From contig NW_021836163.1 of the NCBI RefSeq assembly GCF_006345805.1, positions 1-64,000 of the forward strand: DNA of 64,000 bases, given 5' to 3'. Source of the stretch: Octopus sinensis. Its lineage: Eukaryota. Of this stretch, positions 1 to 13,589 are shown piece by piece (within the stretch, counting starts at the first letter, position 1; every line of letters starts with the position of its first letter). Under the pieces are notes generated by a model. The model saw only the letters and a list, made by a program, of their open reading frames with translations, had not been told where the DNA came from and ran no database searches. The position numbers and the translations under genes were made by a program.

Positions 1-210
1 CGTTAGCACGCTGGGCGAAATGCGTAGCCGTATTTCGTCTGCCGCTACGTTTCTGAGTTCAATTCCGCCGAGGTCGACTTTGCCTTTCATCCTTTCGGGG
101 TCGATTAAATAAGTACCACTTACGCACTGGGGTCGATGTAATCGACTTAATTCGTTTGTGTGTCCTTGTTTGTCCTCTCTGTGTGTAGCCCCTTGTGGGT
201 AATAAAGAAA
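1..210 (+). mobile_element. tRNA-derived SINE (Meta-domain-like core), 5' end cut by window edge
   Basis: B-box-like GAGTTCAATTCC, core GTCGACTTTGCCTTTCATCCTTTCGGGGTCGAT, tail ...GGGTAATAAAGAAA followed by (CATA)n; near-identical to 10728-10958. Confidence 0.85.
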
Positions 211-254
211 CACATACATACATACATACATACATACATACATACATACATACA

Positions 255-288
<34 letters not shown>

Positions 289-825
289 CATATATAAAAA
301 AAAAACACCAATAGACGAACGAAGTTGACTCTGTTGAGACCAATGGGTCAAAAAGGCAATGGTGGAACTTAAAAATGAAAACAGCCACCAAGTAAAAACA
401 CAACCGACCGGGTATTATCGTGTGGGATCACATGAAGATGTCTTGTGCTGTGGAAATCAGCTGCTGTCTGGACACGAATGTGATCAGAAACATAAAGAAG
501 AGACAGGGGACATCCATGGAGCATTGATTACGAGTACCCAGGACACGTTTTCAGCTTTAGACCTATTATTAATGAAGCAAAATCATACACACCAAACCCG
601 CCTGGGGCACGGTATGGCTGAACTCGAGATCTTGAGGTGAGAACGCAAGTTCTTAATTCATACGCTACAAATGGTCATAATAATAACTGGGGCTGTAAAT
701 ATGTGCAAGACCCTTTTGAGGCTTAAAGGATTTGATGGGGAAAGCGAGATACTTTTCTTTACGACCTTGCGACCAAATCGGTGAGCGGCGAAAATTTACT
801 CTAAAATTAAAACACACACACACAC

Positions 826-887
<62 letters not shown>

Positions 888-914
888 TGCAAACACGCAT
901 GCATACATACAGAC

Positions 915-1164
915 ATGGTCTTTTCCGTAGGCTTTTCTTTCCTTATCTTTTCCCCCCTTTACACTTTACATCATGACATTTCTGTGATACACGATCCCTA
1001 TTGATCGTTTCTTTTCTTTCCTTTTTTCTTCTATTTTTTCTTTTTTCTTTCCTTTTTCTTTCGTTCCCTTTTATGATACCCCCACTTTTTTTCTCTCCCC
1101 CAAAAGAAAAGCTCTACTTTGTAATCTGTCCCGTCTGTGTGCAGCCCTGTATGGCTAATAAAGA

Positions 1165-1167
<3 letters not shown>
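915..1167 (+). mobile_element. 3' tail of an unidentified LINE-like element
   Basis: Ends CCCCAAAAGAAAAGCTCTAC...GTGCAGCCCTGTATGGCTAATAAAGAAA; second copy at ~39600-39704; the terminal part resembles the SINE tail. Confidence 0.5.
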
Positions 1168-1203
<36 letters not shown>

Positions 1204-1254
1204 CATACATGATAAACAAGAGAAACAAAGATACTACAAAACTCCTACGTTGTA

Positions 1255-1830
1255 ACAGAAAATGTTGGCTCTGCTTTATCAATGTGGAAGATATCATGCA
1301 CATCATCAGCCGCTGTCCAGAAGATACGCCTTGACCCGAGGCGTGACCTAGTTGCAGATAATGTTTACAATGCTATCCGCAGAAGAGATTGCCTTGGCGT
1401 AGACATTAAAGGCATGTCAGAACGAGGATGTATTCGCGCCTTTAAAAACAAGGAATATTGGTGAGTAATTTCGAATCAAAACAGCAATTCGGAACAAATA
1501 TAACAGGCCCCATGTTGTTGCAGAGGACAAAGAACAAAAGCCATATGTTGTTGTAGAGATCCACTGCCCAGCGGTTGTGAATCTACCAGAAAGCATCTTG
1601 AAGAAAGAGAACGCTTACGGGGAAAGAATATGGATCTTACAACTCTTGTACTCTCACCACAAATTCCCATTTGTACCTAACATCATAGTTGCATCAAGTA
1701 CTGTACTCACAAACTAACATAAAAACCTAGAAATACTAGATTGTTCGAAGAAAGGGTAAAAGAAACAGGCGCTGCTTCTCCATATCCAATCTATTAGTGG
1801 TACAATGAAGTTCTGTAAGACATTCTAAAG
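1255..1830 (+). pseudogene. Degenerate C-terminal fragment of an RLE-type (R4-like) non-LTR retrotransposon
   Basis: Frame-shifted translation KCWLCFINVEDIMHIISRCP (CCHC knuckle), RRDLVAD (RHD-like), NRP and VVEIHCP endonuclease remnants. Confidence 0.6.
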
Positions 1831-2182
1831 ATTCTCCATCTGAGATGCTTTAGACGAACAGATGAACACAGCTGGGTGTATGCATGGACAGCTCAACCAA
1901 CACAGCAACTCAACCACATATTCACAAGCACCGGAAACTCTCTAAACTCAAGAAGTCTTGTCACTTTGTTAGCGACTAGTTTCAACTCTCGTGAAATCAA
2001 AGAAAAATAAAATCAAAGAAAAATCTTACTTACATACATGCATGCATACATCCATACATTACATATATACTTACATATATACCCTCCTTCTTCCCTTCTT
2101 TCCTGAGCGTCCAATAATACTTTATTTGTTCCACGTCCTGCGTTGTGTTTTTTTGTTTTCTTGTTTGGATTAACTTTATATG

Positions 2183-2284
<102 letters not shown>

Positions 2285-2521
2285 CATAAATACGTATGTA
2301 TGAGTTTATACATGTATGTAATGTTATACACATATGTAGTAATGTGTAGTATATATATGTGTATATATATATAATATATATTATATATATATATTATATA
2401 TATATATACATGCAGTATTCATGAAGACATGCACACAAGTATGCATGGATAGACACATACATACATGCAAGTACACGTACGTACATACGTGCATAGAGAC
2501 AGACGTATAGTCATACACATT

Positions 2522-2870
2522 TGTTTGTCGCCACTTCAACATGGCTGTTCCGTACGAACCGACGTTACTACTATTTTTAACCCCAAGAGGACGCCTGCTC
2601 TAGCTGGTTATCGATGCAGTCTGTACCAAATATATATTGCTAGCAGGGGAGCGAACTCCTACCACTGAGGATGGACAAAATAGCCCGAAACCGGTCTGGT
2701 ATGGTGGTCCTGTTAAGTCGCTAGAAGATGGCAGGCGTTCGCTCCCCTGCTTGCAATCCATATCGGATATAGAATGCATCGACAACCAGCTAGAAGAGGC
2801 GTCCTCCTGGGGTTAAAATTGTAGGAACGTTGGTTCGTACGGAACAGCCATGATGAAATGGCGACAAGCA
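2522..2870. mobile_element. Fold-back element (~135-bp inverted arms) with a hammerhead motif in the spacer; probably PLE-derived
   Basis: 2525-2658 is an imperfect reverse complement of 2735-2868; homologous left arm at 47133-47270. Confidence 0.8.
2660..2701 (+). ncRNA. Minimal type I hammerhead ribozyme motif
   Basis: TACCA-CTGAGGA-tggacaaaatagccc-GAAAC-CG-GTC-TGGTA; stem I pairs, palindromic stem III, weak stem II. Confidence 0.7.
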
Positions 2871-3087
2871 TTACTTCTCAGTATAGATTCTACTTTCATG
2901 TCTTATAGAGATTTGCTAACGACTAAGTTACCTTGCTTGCCATACATATATATATACCTATATGTTTACGCAGAAACATATACATAAATACATATATACA
3001 CACACACTTACATGCATATACATTACACCCCCCCACACACATAGATATAGATAAACTTACTTGCAAGTGGATGCGTGGAGCTCAATC

Positions 3088-3137
<50 letters not shown>

Positions 3138-4010
3138 TATGTGTGTGTGTGGTGTTTTGTGGTGTGTGTGTGGTGTGTGTGCATATATACATACATATAT
3201 GTACATACACACACACGCACATATATATATATATATGTATATATATATATGTGTACATATATATGATATATATATACATATACATACATACATGTATATA
3301 TATATAGAATAATATATATATTATATATATATATATATATATTATATTATATATATAATTATATATATGTATATATATACATAGATACACACACACACAC
3401 ACATATATATATATGTATATATATGTGTATATATGGGTACAGGGCGTCACAAAACGTAAACAACATGAAATACGAAGGATGAGAGAAAGAAATGGAAAAA
3501 AGACCAGTCGCATAAAGAACGACCCTTCATCAGTTGTCGGCTGTTTATCTACTCCACATTTCGAGCAATTCCCGACAATTTGTGTCTTCGAAAAACAGTT
3601 GCCTCCGTGAATCAAAATAAAACTTGGCATTTGTGGAGGGTCAGAGTTGGTAATAAAAACAGGACGGTGGAGACTTCCAGCTTTGACCCTCCGCAAATCC
3701 CAAATCTACCTCTATTTACCTCGCTTTCTATTTCTTTAATTTCTTTCCTTTTACTACTTAATAGCCACCTCCGCTACTATTCTGTTATTGAACGTTGAAA
3801 TGTTCGCGTCCTTTTTCTGGATGTTTACAATATCAGGACTTTAACCCACATGGAGTTACGCAGGATTGAACCTTCTTCTACATGATCAGAAAGTTGAACT
3901 GTGAACTTTTATGCTTCTTTTATCTTCTTCTCTTTCTTCCTCTTATTCCTTTAATCCTGTCCTCTGCATCGTCATTTCATTAATCTCTACCCTTCTCCTT
4001 TTCCCGGTTT

Positions 4011-4066
4011 GTCTCCGATGACGGAATATCTCATACTCGGGGATATCTCAGAAACAGCTGTAAGAC
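4011..4066 (+). ncRNA. Hammerhead ribozyme motif, CCGAUGA core variant
   Basis: GTCT-CCGATGA-stem II-GAAAC-AGCT-GTA-AGAC; homologous to 40426-40503. Confidence 0.65.
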
Positions 4067-4095
4067 TTTGATAATAATAATAATAATAATAAAAA

Positions 4096-4220
<125 letters not shown>

Positions 4221-6850
4221 GCACAAAGGATCCGCCGGTACGAGAAACGCCAGCGCTTCTTTGAACAAAACAAAAAGTTCAACTCCAACCCCAAAAAGTT
4301 CTACCAAGAACTTGGCAAAAATAAATTAGAAATCACTGCAGCACCAACGGCAGAAGAAGTGGAAGAATTCTGGAGAGAAATATGGTCGGCGAACGAACAA
4401 CCAAAAAAAAGGAGTATCAAAATAACAAACTCGGCATCTGATCAACTTTGGACCCCCATAACAACTGAAGAGGTCACCCAGGCACTGCAAAGAAGGCACC
4501 TGGGCATGACAAGATCCCCAACTTCTGGTTGAAATATCTAAAAGGAATGCACAAAAAGCTGGCTGAAAACTTTAACAACATACTAGTAGAGCCAGAGACA
4601 ATGCCTGAATGGCTCACGAACGGGAAAACTATCTTAATTCCCAAATCAAATGAGACAGCAAAACCAGAAAACTACAGACCAATAACCTGTCTCCCTACAA
4701 TGTACAAGGCATTTACTGCAGTGATATTGCAAAGGTTGAACAAGCACCTGGACGAAAAACAACCTGTTTCCAGAAGAGCAGAAAGGATGCCGCAAAGGCT
4801 CATATGGCTGTAAAGATCAACTAATGATTAATAAAGCCATAACTGAAGACAGCCACAGAAAGAAGAAAGGCCTCAGTATGGCCTGGATCGACTACAAAAA
4901 GGCGTTTGATAGCATCCCCCACCCATGGATCCTCGAAACACTAGCCATTAACAAAGTAGCACCAACAATCATAAAATTCATAGGGCACTCTATGAATAAA
5001 TGGCAAACAGTGCTACACCTCCAAACAAAAGAGGGACTCATGAAAACCAAAGACATCCCCATTAGAAGAGGAATATTCTAGGGAGACACGCTCTCTCCAC
5101 TCCTTTTCTGCTTGGCACTGTCACCCCTATCTGATATGCTAAATAGAACTGGATGCGGATATAAATGTTACGGCAAAACGATCAGCCACCTTTTATATAT
5201 TGATGACCTAAAACTATACGCTGCAAATGACAAACAGCTGGAAACACTATTAAAGACAGTTGATGGATTTAACAAAGAAATAGATATGAAATTTGGATTA
5301 GAAAAATGCGCCAAAGTAACCCTGAAAAGAGGAAAACTAGTTAAGTGTAGCAACATCACACTAGATAAAACCAATGAAATAAAAGAATTAGACCAAAGCC
5401 AAACTTACAAATACTTAGGAATCCATGAACTAGATAAGACACAACACACACAAATGAAAGAGAAAATAAAAAAAGAATATTATAGACGAGTTAGATCAAT
5501 ACTAAAAAGAGCTCAATGCTAAAAACAAGATAATAGGTATTAACACTTTAGCTGTCCCAGTTATAAGTTACAGCTACAATATCCTTAACTGGACACTAAA
5601 TGAACTGACCAAAATAGATAGGAAAACAAGAAAAATAATGACAGGATCTAGGATGCATCACCCAAAATCTGACATAGAAAGACTATATATACAACGTACA
5701 GAAAGTGGTAGAGGCCTTATACAACTGAAAAACTACTATAAAATAACCACCATAGGATTGCAAAAATATCTACTTCAGAAGGAAGGAAAACTGATACAAA
5801 TAGCGGCAAAACACGAGCAAAACAAAAAACTGTTCTCAGTATTTAAGGAAGCTGACAAATACAAACAAGAAATCATACCACCTAATAAATATGAAGAAGA
5901 AGAAGAAGAAGATGAAGAAAACAAAAGCTATAAAACAATGAAATCCAAACTAAAATAAAACAGCAACGAACCATGATAAAACGATGGCAAGAAAAGCCCC
6001 TTCATGGTAAATACTGGACTAAACTAAATGCAAAAGAAATAGACAAAGAAAAATCCCAGCAGTGGTTGAGAAGCTCAGGACTCAAAGCAGAAACAGAGGG
6101 ATTTTTAATTGCAGCACAAGACCAAAGCCTCCCCACCAGAAATTACCAAAAACATGTAATGAAAAGAAATATAACAAGTAACTGCAGAATATGTGGAGTT
6201 GGACAAGAAACAATAAATCATATTATCTCTAGCTGCCCAGTCCTGGCTAAGAAGGAATATATTCACAGACATGACAGGGTTGGAACCTACATACATTGGA
6301 AGCTATGCCAACATTATGGAATAACAACTGAAAAAAGATGGTATAGGCACACACCAGAAAAGGTCACAGAAAACGAGAAAGCAACCATACTCTGGGATAT
6401 GCCGATACACACAGATAGAAAAATTAAGGCCAACAGACCAGATATAGTTGTCAGAGATCATGAAAAAAAAAAATGCTTTCTAATTGATGTATCAACACCG
6501 GCTAATGTCAACGTGTCTCTAAAAGAAATGGAGAAACTCTCAAAATACAAAGACCTGGAAATAGAGGTAACCAGAATGTGGAACCTATAAACAGAAACAA
6601 TTCCTATCATAGTAGGTGCATTAGGCATGATAAAAAAATATTCAGACAAATACATAACAAAAACACCAGGACTTACAAACACATATAACATACAAAAAAT
6701 TGCACTACTAGGCACTGCACACATCCTACGCAGAACACTTTCCATACAATAACCATCAGAGCATCACAACAAAACACAGCACATACCCAAGGCACACAGA
6801 GCTGCGCTCGGTAGTGAAGTGAAAGCACGTTATAAAAATAAAACTACTGA
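4221..6850 (+). mobile_element. R4/Dong-like non-LTR retrotransposon, family A, 5'-truncated, with frameshifts and stops
   Basis: RT motifs YRPITCL, AWIDYKKAFDS, HLLYIDDLKLY, YKYLG; CCHC CRIC..HIISSC; RHD; RLE RPD..D..EKLSKY; (AAT)n on both flanks. Confidence 0.95.
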
Positions 6851-7150
6851 ATAATAATAATAATAATAATGATATTGTATATGATTTGAGATGTTTGCCT
6901 TGCTTTAATGTTTGTTGTCCTCTTTAAACAATTATATATCCGCCATATCGGAAATCTGCAATGGCTCCATAACAACCGTCTCGGCTATAACCTTGGAGCT
7001 CTAGTAATCCGTTACAACACTTACCTAGCGTACCTAATCGTTTTAAACCCCCATATTTTTTGTGTGTGTATGTATTTATATATATATATTTATTTTATTT
7101 TATTTTATCTTGTTTCAGCTCACGAGCTGTGGCCATGCTGGGGCACTGCC

Positions 7151-7197
<47 letters not shown>

Positions 7198-8237
7198 TAT
7201 ATATGTATGTTTATATATATATATGTATATATATACAAACACACACACACACTCATAAATATGTAATACACACACACACACACACACTCATGAACACACA
7301 TTTAATATACACACGCATTTACTAAAATACAGGAATCATGATAAAAGGAAAGGTAAAGAATATAAATACCAGAAAAAAGTAAGTATAAAAATAAAAAAAT
7401 AAAAAACAGAGCAAGATAAAAGTAATACGCAAAAAAAAAATGATTTTTAAAAAAATGCCAAACTATTTGTGAGATGAATTAATGGCGCGTATTGTTTGTC
7501 GAAATGGAATATGAAGTTAGCTTCGAAATTAGATAATATTAACTTAGCAACGGTAATTAGAGAGGCTGGACTCGGTTAGCAACCGGCGAGTTAATTGGTC
7601 GGAGCTGAAGTTGCTAGGGCTGAGAGAATGTCATTAGATCTCGCTGACATGTTTTATCATAAATTTTATTGCTGTTGTTGTTGTTATTGTTGTTGTTGTT
7701 GTTGTTGTTGTTGGTGGTGGTGGTGCCTGTTGCTGTGTGAACGTGACTGTGTGTGTGTGTGAGTGTGCCTCTGTGTGTGTGTGTTATTCTGTAATTGTGT
7801 GAAACCGTGTGTCTGTATGTGATTGTGTGTGTAGCTTTGTGTGTGCGTGTGTGTGTGTGTGTGTGTATGAGAGAGAGAGAGAGAGAGAGGGAGTCTGTAT
7901 GTGTTAGCGTGTGTGTGTGTATGAGACAGAGAGAGAGCGAGAGAGCGAGAGCGAGGGAGTCTGTATGTGTTAGCGTGTGTGTGTGTACGTGTGTGTTTGC
8001 TGCGGTTGTTTAATACCAGGTCAGCCCTGATATAAGTTCCATCCGTGCCCATCCCGTCTCTTACACATCTGACATAAGATTGCAGGGCATTCTCTTCGTC
8101 ATTTGCCAATCGAAGGCCACAATTATTTTTTCAGCATCCTTCCACAGTATCTCTCCTCCCCCCCTCTTGTGCCGCCGGGTAACATTTGATGGCACCAACG
8201 AAAATCCAGGTTCTTTTGCTTCACATTGTCTTTATCA

Positions 8238-8269
<32 letters not shown>

Positions 8270-8759
8270 CTTCTTCTTCTTCTTCTTCTACCTCCCCCTC
8301 CCCCTCCTCCACTCCTCCCCCTCCTCCTCCCCACTCCCCCCTCCTCCTCCCCTCCTCCTCCCCTCCTCCTCCCCTCCTCCTCCCCCTCTCCACTCCTCTC
8401 CTCTCCTCTCCTTCCTCTTCCTTCCCTCTTCTTCTTCCTCCCTTCCTCCTCTCCTTCCTCTTCTGTCTCTTCCTTTTCTTCCTCCTCCTCCTCGTCTTCT
8501 TTTTCTTCTTCTTCCTCGTCCTCGTCTTCCTCGTCGTCCACCACTTCCTCGGCAAAAGAGACCGACAGAATAAGTACCAGGCTTGAAAAATAGGTCCCGG
8601 CGGTGTGGGGGTGGAGTGGGAGAGGTCTATTCATTCGACAAAGACATTCCTCAAGGCAGCGGTGCCCCAGCATGGCCGCAGTCTAATGACTGAAACAAGT
8701 AAAAGTTAAGCGATGTCAGCTGCATGTCTCCGCCGTATCTACGAAACGCAATTATTCTG

Positions 8760-9070
8760 CTTCTTTCTCCAATCCACCAATCCCTGCTCTCTTCAGGCTT
8801 CTGAAGTCTGATGCCAACCACCTGAGCCATCCAAGTTCTTTGCTGGTCATCCACGATACCCTTTCTCTACTTGAAGTGTCCTACATTGTCACGCTCGTGT
8901 CCTACACGATTCCATAAAACCTTTGTATTCCAAACGTTTCCCTTCATAAACCCCCTGGATTTTACTTTCCCAAAGCACCGTCAACTCACCAGTAAGGAAA
9001 TTTCCTGTCAAATGATATCCCGCCATAATCTCAGAGTGGTTTCATTATTACAACATGTCTTAAACATTTC
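8760..9070 (-). pseudogene. Decayed HERO/NeSL-like restriction-like endonuclease fragment
   Basis: Minus-strand translation ETTLR..., ELTVLWESKIQGVYEGKRLEYKGFMESCR...VEKGYRG resembles the ELTVPWE..ERK..KY..VEVGCRG pattern. Confidence 0.55.
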
Positions 9071-9166
9071 CTTCTTATCTGATTCCACCATAAAGCACTG
9101 GCTCAGGGACGAAGTTTGCTTAGGGGATGCAAACCCAGGCCCGAGAATTTTTACAATTAAGGTTAT

Positions 9167-9497
9167 ACTCTTTTACTCTTTTACTCTTTTACTTGTTTCA
9201 GTCATTTGACTGCGGCCATGCTGGAGCACCGCCTTTAGTCGAGCAAATCGACCCCGGGACTTATTCTTTGTAAGCCCAGTACTTATTCTATCGGTCTCTT
9301 TTTGCCGAACCGCTAAGTGACGGGGACGTAAACACACCAGCATCGGTTGTCAAACAATGCTAGGGGGACAAACACAGACACACAAACACACACACACACA
9401 TATATATATATATACATATATACGACAGGCTTCTTTCAGTTTCCGTCTACCAAATACACTCACAAGGCATTGGTCGGCCCGAGGCTATAGTAGAAGA
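9167..9497 (-). mobile_element. CORE-type tRNA SINE, 3' part
   Basis: Family also at 8555-8705, 17323-17482 (head with ACCTTGGGCAAGT core), 19165-19452, 25335-25466, 26980-27105, 60340-60403; tail GGCGGTGCTCCAGCATGGCCGCAGTCAAATGACTGAAACAAG(TAAAAGAG)n. Confidence 0.85.
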
Positions 9498-9884
9498 AAT
9501 CTAATTCAAGGTACTTTTAACCGACCACTTTTTAGTCACTGTAGGGGTGTAAATTTTGATTCTGCATTCCACAAAAATGTTAGGGGGTGCAAGCGCATCC
9601 CCTGCACCTCATACACCTCCTGCTCCCGAGCCCATGCCATGAAGTCAGCGTTACGTGTAAGTCTCGGTCTTAGTTCTTCGTCGTTTACACTCCACCATTG
9701 TCTTCTTTGATGTTCCCAACAATGACATTCAAAAGCTGGTTACCCTGCCAGCCGCATTCTACAAAGGATTATTTACGTGTTGCCAGAGCATTCTCCAACG
9801 ATTCCCCCTCCCACACGGATGGCAACAACGGTACCATTCCAGCGCAACCATTGTACTTAAGCAACGCACGATATATTTCTAATA

Positions 9885-10093
9885 ACGATTTCAAATTTTG
9901 GTACAAAACCAATAATTTCAGAGGACGGGGACGGGAGTAGACTACGTTGAACCCCCCAGTGCTCAGCTGATATTTATTTTATCGACCCGAAAGGATGAAA
10001 GGTAAAGTCGACCTCAGTGGAATTTGAACTCAGAACGGATGAAATGCCGGTAAGCATTTTATCTGGTATGGTAACGATTCTACCAGCTCGCCG
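9885..10093 (-). mobile_element. Meta-like SINE copy
   Basis: Reverse complement of GGCGAGCTGGTAGAATCGTT...GAGTTCAAATTCC...GTCGACTTTACCTTTCATCC. Confidence 0.8.
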
Positions 10094-10727
10094 TTTTATA
10101 TATTTCTAGTATTACAAATATCACAATGGACATTGCTCTAACAACTTTCATGGTTTCCTTTTCAACAACAATCGCAACGATAGCTTCCTTTGTTATGCTG
10201 TTCCTCATGTCGAGCATGCGCACTGACCACACAGCCTCACCAGTTTAGTTTCATGCTCTTCCCCTTCAATCTGACGGAATTGTACACAATATACTCGGCC
10301 CAGATGTCTAACTATTCCAATACCAGTTCAAGTCCAGCTCATATTTCACCACACTCTCTTCCCTGTCCTTGTAATTCCGGACAATATCCCTTTATCCCAT
10401 TTTCCGTTCCACTCCGGATCCTATTCACCTCTTTCATTTTCAGATTACTTCCTGCCATCTTAATGCCTTCTCTCAAACTCATTTCCTGCCAGTACCATTT
10501 CTTGGATCACTCGGACAATCGATCCACTGAATCCGAAATCAGCAAACAGCAGTAAGACTTTTACTACCTTCACCTTTCCTATACACAATACAGTCGGAGA
10601 TTCGCTAAACGATAAAATACAGCCCGTTGCCAATAGAGCAATCTAGGATACCAAGTCACTCTCACGAAGGAACTTAACATATTTTTCAATTCTCTCCACT
10701 CATATGAACGGTATTTCATGCATTTAA

Positions 10728-10958
10728 GGTGGCGAGCTGGCAGAATCGTTAGCGCGCCGGGCGAAATGCTTAGTAGTATTTCGTCTGCCGCTACGTTCTG
10801 AGTTCAAATTCCGCCGAGGTCGACTTTGCCTTTCATCCTTTCAGGATCGATTAAATAAGTACCAGTTACGTACTGGGGTCGATATAATCGACTTAATCCG
10901 TTTGTCTGTCCTTGTTTGTCCCCTCTGTGTTTAGCCCCTTGTGGGTAGTAAAGAAATA
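10728..10958 (+). mobile_element. Full-length Meta-like SINE with ~17-18-bp target-site duplication
   Basis: A-box-like AGCTGGCAGAATCGTT, B-box GAGTTCAAATTCC; flanked by GGTATTTCATGCATTTA / GGTATTTCGTGCATTTA. Confidence 0.9.
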
Positions 10959-11242
10959 GGTATTTCGTGCATTTAGCGAGTCCATGAGACCCTCGGTAAA
11001 AACTGAATAACACTAACACTGCACTTTGAAATTCTTTACTAAACTACACTTGACAAGGGCAGATAATCTCTGTGGCCCCTTAGCCTCAATCTCAAACGTA
11101 CTCTGCAGAAACGGTTTTGGCTTTTAATTATCTGCTCATTAGACGTTGGATCTGTGCCACTCCAGTCTCAGTGAGGGATTCTTTAACCTAACACTGCAAT
11201 CACTACAACATTGGCTTTCATATGTGGCCGACATTGCTAAAA

Positions 11243-11757
11243 TCTCTAATATAAAACTGTAGTTGTGTGAGTGTCTGTCCCCTTCGATTTAGATTCCTAA
11301 CTACTCCCACATTTTGCGGTGCAGTTTAACCAAATTCGGGTATCTTATAGTCGTGATTCATATCGATCCCGTCTGAGTATTAGCTGTGTAGCTGTGGGGA
11401 AGGAAGTGTAAAGAAATCAACGTCGTAAAGCGTTGTCAAGGAGACCAGCGTTCTTTTAGAACAACGACTTCATGGCTTGAAGACACCAAAACAGAAAATG
11501 TCTACGATGAGTCAACGATTTAAAAAAAAATTTACCATCATTTTTTTCCATTTTAATGCATTTTTTCGCTATTATATAAGGGAAGTAACTCTCTAAAAAT
11601 GTCTATGATGAGTCAACGATTTAAAAAAAAGATTTACCATAATTTTATTTCCATTTTTAATGCATTTTTTTTTGCTATTTTTTGGCTATAACTCTCTAAA
11701 AATGCTTATATAGTTATTTCCCTTACAAACCCGAGCAACGCCGGGCGATACTGCTAG
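11243..11757 (+). mobile_element. Non-autonomous Helitron-like element
   Basis: Inserted between A and T; 5' TC, 3' hairpin CCCGAGCAACGCCGGG then CTAG; no TSD; internal ~100-bp duplication. Confidence 0.8.
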
Positions 11758-13589
11758 TAGCTCATAAAACCAGATAAAGAGAGGTGTTGAGTTCGTTGTT
11801 TCTGGGATGTCCTTCACGTAGATGTTCTCTTGTTCCTCTCATCGTTCTTTTTGCAAACGTTTAATATTTTTAGGTTTTGCAAATAATTTATTGTCCTAGT
11901 TGAACGCTTCTTGCTTTCATTTGAATTCTTTTATCAAAGAAGTGCGTACGTGTGTGTTAATATCTATGTAAGTATGTATGTATGAATGTATGTATATGTA
12001 CACACACACTTGTGCGCGCGCTTTTTGTGTATATGCACTTTAAACGTATCAAAACTGCGCAGTTTCTAATCTCCATGGCTGACGAATGGTGTTCCATGTT
12101 TAATTTGTTCTTCTGTAACGGTTTTCATGTTTCATTTCGATTTTCCTTATGTATGTATGTATGTATGTATGTATGTATGTATGTATGTATGTATGTATGT
12201 ATGTATGTATGTACGTATGTATGTATGTATGTATGTAATTATACAGTTTATTTCAAGATTTCTTGCCAATAGAAAAAGAACCGGTTTCTAACCTAGATCA
12301 AAGACTCCTTCATTGGAATTTCAACATCAACAACAGAGCATTTTTGTTTGTTTGTGTGTATGTATGCTTGTATGTATGTATGTATTAGTTGCCAATTCTG
12401 TACAAGACATTGTAGATCTTTGGCTGGGCTAAAAAGTCACGTCCGATCACAGCACCGATAACAGTTAAGCTTCGTGCAATGGCCATACTCGATAAGGAGG
12501 GGGTAGCCATAATGTATGTATGTATGTATGGATATTTGAACGTATGTATATATATATATATATGTATATATAACTTGTATTTCTTATGCATATGTATACA
12601 CAGACACATAGATATAAGCCAATGTGTGTATCTTATTCCCCCTTGTATCACGTGTCCCCCCTTCCCTCCCTCCCACTCTACAAATTTATTTCTTTGTAGC
12701 TGCCCTTAAAATTATCGGTTGTTGTTTTGTAAGGGTGGATAATTCCTGTTTGTGATGGTGTTTGCGTAGACTTGCTGCTGGTCGTGGGTATCCAGTGGAA
12801 ATGGCATTCTCGCCATTCAAATTCAGAAACAAGTTTCAATAGAACAATTGATTTTCCATCGATCTTCCGGAGGTGATTGATGAATAAATAGTAACTTTAT
12901 TATTTCTCTTCCAAATATCATAGACATGACGTCTGTTAATTGTTGGAACTATTTAAACAACTTGACCGACGGCAGGCAACGGTCACTGATTTACTAAAAC
13001 AAGAAAAATTTACATAATCTAATGTAGTGTAACATTTGAGGGTGCTTTGACTGCTATTTCTAGCAGTTAAAGGGAGCTTTCAGTTCAAAAATGTTTGTAA
13101 ATGCTGAAATTTAATGAATGACTAATTAATTTTTCAAAAACTAATTTTCTTGTTTAGTTATAAATTTAATTCTAATTACAATATCTTCTGTAACTCCCAA
13201 TAAAAAATAGAACGGAGAGAGGATGTGGCAAGCCGTATAATTAAGAGATTCGTTTCGCAGCTACACACTTCCGGCTCGATTGCAGTCTGCGAGGACTCAG
13301 GCAAGTGAATTCTACTATAGCTTCACACAAAGTATGCGTAAGATATACACACATGTTCTTCTCTCTTTCCACCTCTCTCTCCCCTCTCTTTCCTCTTCTC
13401 CATGTGCCATCTGTAAATATCTAAAGTAAAAACAAAATGAAATATGGAAACGATTGACGTAAAAAGGACGAATAAACAGGGGAAATCCTCTCATCAGCCG
13501 TAGAGACCAGGTCTGGCACAGTTTCAACGCGTTGGAAGTTCAGGGACTTTGAATTCCATGGCACCATTCCCCTGGTTGCGCCAGTGACA

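Noticed and set aside
3500-3570. Minus-strand CTGATGA as another hammerhead
   Set aside because: No correctly placed downstream GAAA or closing stems in this copy
8080-8673. Pro/Ser- or Glu/Arg-rich ORFs
   Set aside because: Low-complexity CTT/CCT tract that is open in most frames
10728-10815. tRNA gene
   Set aside because: The A/B boxes belong to a SINE head followed by core, tail and TSD; no complete cloverleaf
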